The position numbers were made by a program, and so were the translations under genes. Positions 59,370-64,000 of a stretch of DNA of 64,000 nucleotides are shown one piece after another. The notes beneath the pieces are model-generated. The model did no database searches. It had not been told where the DNA came from and saw nothing but the letters and a program-made list of their open reading frames with translations. The stretch comes from Tubulanus polymorphus (Eukaryota; Animalia; Nemertea). The DNA lies in NCBI RefSeq assembly GCF_964204645.1, contig NC_134032.1, positions 8,668,275-8,732,274 on the forward strand. Direction: 5' to 3'. The first letter of the stretch is position 1. Every line of letters begins with the position of its first letter.

Positions 59370-62300
59370 CGTGCGGCCAAACATCATAAACCCACTCAGC
59401 CAGAGCCTTCCTTCCAGCCATCTATGACATCATAAAATTAACCCTACAGACACTATCAGAAAAGGTGTCTGCCCCAATATAAATAACCTTATCGCTTCAT
59501 CAAATTAGCCATTTATACATTTTCAGATAAGTATCATTCATAATCCCTCTATGACATCATCACGTTTTCCCTATAGTCCGCCACCTGGTGGCCACCTAAA
59601 TCCCTTATGACAAAATGAATCAATTCATAAATTCTACAGATTTGATTTAACGAGAAAAACTAGTAAATCTGATTTTAACCCGTTTAATTGAAGTCACGGA
59701 ACACATTCAAAATACATTGGATATCTATGATCGGTGGACGGAAAGCTAGAGTGAATAACATAGAACAAGAAATGATAATATTAGTAACTGTACTTTCTAG
59801 TCAGATGCCAAGAGCCACCATCTTTGAAAATATTTATGCTTTTCTAAAGAGATTTTTCCATATGCATATCTTTCAATAGGTGGCTGCTCTTGTAGTTTTA
59901 ACAATTCGATTCTAAAGGATTCAATGACTACTTATATGAATGAAATGAATATTTTCATATTATGTAAGCATCGTTTTATTTCTGTTAACAATCTGTGATT
60001 GGTCAATACGAGGTTTCTCGTCTAATCGACTAATTCATGAAACAAAGTCTCTGATTGGTCAATCGTCGAGATAATCGGACTAATCGACTAATTACGTCGA
60101 ACCTGTTCTACGAGTGTTCTATGTGTTAAATGATCTTTGATTGATCGTACAGCTAATCAACCAACCAGAACCAGTGCTGGGTGTTCCATATGTAAAAGAA
60201 CGTCCTCTGATTAGTGAATCGTTTTTCACCAATCAGATCGAGTGTTCCATACAGTAACGATTTATGATTGGTCTACTATCTTCATTGTTATCATTCTTTA
60301 TTTAGTGAGGTACCAGTATTAAGTGTTCTTATTCGAAGCTTGTAACCGCCGTAGGAGGCAGCATTGGCCATCGCATAAAAAATCCACATTATTTTTTGGG
60401 GGCATACTGAAAGCCAGTTATTGTGCCAATTTCACGGATCTGAGTATCACAGTGTGCCATATAATATGTATATCTATATACAATGAATACAACGAGTAAC
60501 ATCAAAATATACCGGAGAATATTCCGTAAAAATATTGATCACTGATTACAAAGCAAAAACCTAGCCTCTTATGACCGGTATCAGTCTGCAGCCTGGGCCA
60601 ACCTGCACAGACATTCACCGCTGATGGTGTGAGAAAATGTCAGGACAGCGTGCTGATGAAATATCCGATGGCTTGTGTTGTGAACTTCATCTTCAAATTA
60701 TGAACTTCTCAGGTATCATCTATACTGGATTTGACGACTGGTCAAAAATGAGAAAAATGTTAGTATACTATCAATGGCCGGGGGCTGGAGTGAGTTCAGC
60801 CTGCAAATTGATACCTGCATTATTCAGTCCCATTTTACCAAAGGACTTACTCTACTTATTCTACCTAGAAGCATTTATATCCACTACTTTATCATTATTT
60901 AAAGCATTCACTAGCCAGTCGGTTAAGCATCGAGGAACCGTTAATGGTAGCCTACTTTGGCAAGCGAGGATCGGGTGGCGTTAGTCTGTGTAAATCTCCC
61001 CAAACATTTAAAGATAGAATCAAATGAGCTTACAATTGAAGTAAATCGTATGTCAACCAAAAACCGAGCGAAGAAATTAATTCTTGTATCTTTTACCAGA
61101 TATTTAGGAAAAGTTCCCTTTTTGTAACTGTTATTGTTTTATCCTACAGAACTGCCCTCCCCCCCCCCCCCCCAATGCAAAGATACGGCCCTGGGCACGT
61201 ATGATGATATTCAATTCAGCTAGCCTGATTAAGAATTCCAGATTCAAGCAGGTTGAAAATGAATTTAACTTCACTAACGCAAGGCCGATAGCCGCGTGCC
61301 GGGGCAAGCTGGTTCTAAGAACAAAAAAAACAAGGTTCAATGTAGTATATATAAGTTGTACGTATATAATAATAAACGCTGGTTTTCGCAATAAGAATTG
61401 AAAATTCAACGACAACAAATGGAAATATTTCATAATCGAATCTTTGAATTAAAAGACACGCAAATTATACAAAAAAAAGAGGACACGTTATAAGTCTTCA
61501 GTCTCGGAGAATTCCCATCCGTACATAAATTTACACAAACACAAACGAAACGTAGCGAAATAGAAAATAGGTTTTTTTTCTATTTGTCAGATTTGATCCT
61601 TTTCTTGAATTAAAAACTCTTACACAAAATGTATGATTATGTTTGACAAGTTTCTTTTGATTTATTGATTTTACACTTCGAGTTTCGGCTTCGAGTTTGC
61701 GCCCATTACGAGCACCGCATTTGTTATCACAATTTTCATTCCGACAGTGTCGCCATCTAGATTTCGAAAGTATTCGCTATATATATATATATATAATATA
61801 TAGCGAATACTATATATTTATAATTTTATATTTATATACGAGTGGTGCATTCTAGATTGAAATGAGTGTCGCATCTTGATCTCTGCGACACGGAGTGGAA
61901 CATTTAAACATCGCAAAAAAAACAATGGTTTAAACAAATAACTGAAACGACGATATCAAACGTATAATGAGATGACGTAGTCGGGACGGAAACAAGAAAG
62001 ATATCGGACTCAATTTCACGAAAATCTGACAAATGGCATTACACTTTGTTTCGGTGAATTTTCAAGCTTTGGAACAATTCTCGTCTTTTTTAGTCCGATT
62101 TCGTGAAACGACGTCCACATCAACGCATCTTCGCTTGCCCGGGTTTGAATGATGCAAAGAGATGCATTGTTTTTACCGGCAAGTTTGCTCTATGAATACC
62201 ACGCACCTGATTGGCTAAATTTATAGACTGGTAGGCGCTGAGCGGCAACCTGCTGTCCGCCCAAAATGTTGGCGTAAACTTCAGCGGGCGGCAATCAAAC

Positions 62301-64000
62301 ACTGGCAAGCGAGGATGATATCAACGATACCGTGGACGACGAGAGCGTGCGCCCCCTGTTGGTTGGAATCGACGATACCGGCGCCAGACGATAGTCGGTG
62401 ACGGTGACAACGACAACATACGGATATTTGGATGCGTGCGATTCTCATGAAGGACGCCAAACTCGCGACAGTAACAGGTGCACGATTCCGCTGAACAGAA
62501 GCGATTTTAAGGTCGGAAACCGACTGTTATAGACGGCGCTGCCGGCGTTCTTTACCGCGCTGACCCCTGCGTTTGGCATGTACTTATTTAGTTCCTTGTA
62601 ATGGTACTCTATAAAATATCGAGAAATGGAAAAAAGAAAATGGTTCATTTATTACAATCCTGTAATTTTGAAGTTCGATTGGACATAGTAGACTCCGCCA
62701 AAGTCGGATTCGATAAACTCGGATACCACTCAACACGGCTCTTATTTTTCTTATTTTTGTGGCACCATACATGAAATACGTACCAATTCGGATATCAACC
62801 AAGTCGGCACATTTTTACGTTCCCGCAAGAGCCGACTTGAGCGAAGTCTACTTTATAACTCCCAACTGATAAAGTAGACTCAGCCTTACTCTGGGAAGCG
62901 TAAACATATCATATGAATGATCTCATATCAATTCGTGAGTTGCTTACAATCCAAGCACTGCCTGTCTACAGCGTTTCGGACCGCCCTTTCGATTCACAAT
63001 TACTAACAAACTAATATCGAATATATTGGTTTTAGTAGAACTAATCAGAATCAGGGAATTTAGCACCATAGGTCACTCTGGAAATTCATTTCCACAGACA
63101 TCTTAATTCCAATTTGAGCGGTGTTCAGATCCGACCAGAATCGAGTAAGGAGAAGGAGTCTACTGATATGGGCTGACTGGAGCGGTACACCGAATCGATC
63201 CGCTTTGATGAGTACAATTGAGAATTCTATATATAGGTATTGTATTTCGATAACAAAAGTAGTTTTGAATTTTTAACGTAGAATATATATAAAAATGAAT
63301 AATTACGCACGTAGCTATATGGAAACCAAAAATCGACTACAAATCAGACAACAGAATTTAGAAATTTTAACTTAAAGCTATGGTTTTTCGCGAGTAGTTT
63401 TCAGCTAGCTTTTCCTGGTAGGAAATATGCCAAGTTTCTCAAAAAAAGGAAATCGTTGACAAGAATCTGCTCATCCGCGAATGCTCGCCCTTTTTCATGA
63501 AGCAGCAAAAAAGCCGCCAGAAACCTCTCGCAAAAACCGGCCTCGAGGAGTTTTACGCCGTCTCTAGCATGCGAGGAGGGACGGCGAGTGACAACGCAAA
63601 TCAATCAAGCGAAAAAAGAAGAATTTAGTGCCATATCTTTTTATACACTGATGACAGTGACAGAAGATAAGTAAAAATCAAAAGCCGTGCACAAATTAAT
63701 AATTCAACCAATAATCAATGAACTCAATGTTAAAAATGTCCCTTGATAAGCTCGCTTAAACGTAAACAATTCCATGGATTTCCCCCACGAATTTTCTTAC
63801 CGTATTTTAAGTCAGATATCCGTTTTTTGAAATCAACGGTTAGAGGATCGGAATACTCGGACCACTATAGAGGGGTCGGTAGTGCGTGAAATATTTATGT
63901 GCTTTACAGATCATCAACGGGCATGCGCAGGGATAGCGTTTTGTTGCCGGTTGCACCGCGGGTATTTCCTCTTCTCCAGTCAAACTTCGTCGGCTTGCGG

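Noticed and set aside
62317-62580. GC-rich, exon-looking stretch
   Set aside because: No frame gave a recognisable protein or a consistent splice pair.

Overview
Intron-containing animal (invertebrate-like) genomic DNA. Host genes: an intronless MATE/SLC47-type transporter running off the left edge (- strand); a complete 5-exon YTHDF m6A-reader gene transcribed divergently from it; a small secreted EGF + C-type-lectin gene, possibly with a premature stop; and a class I SAM methyltransferase. The centre is a 17.7-kb, very AT-rich Polinton/Maverick-type endogenous virus (27372-45028) with ~90-bp AG...CT terminal inverted repeats and a 6-bp TATAGA target duplication. Its decayed protein-primed PolB carries a full LAGLIDADG intein in the YxDTD catalytic motif. 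Ten of its 12 ORFs begin with a poxvirus-late-like TAAATG, mostly behind a TAATTTTT tract, and the TIRs themselves supply this motif and the ATG to both terminal genes. It keeps a penton-like gene, but I see no integrase, major capsid, ATPase or adenain protease. Nested in it are an RT-less BEL/Pao LTR element and a 343-bp mini-element whose ends resemble the Polinton TIR. The intein plus the promoter grammar suggests (inference) an element adapted to a large cytoplasmic DNA virus. Further right is an RTE-X-like LINE whose ORF1 has an RNase H1-type hybrid-binding N-terminus, PHD, tandem TQC motifs and an SGNH esterase. Several MITE families and satellites fill the rest. All calls are by eye; no searches were run.
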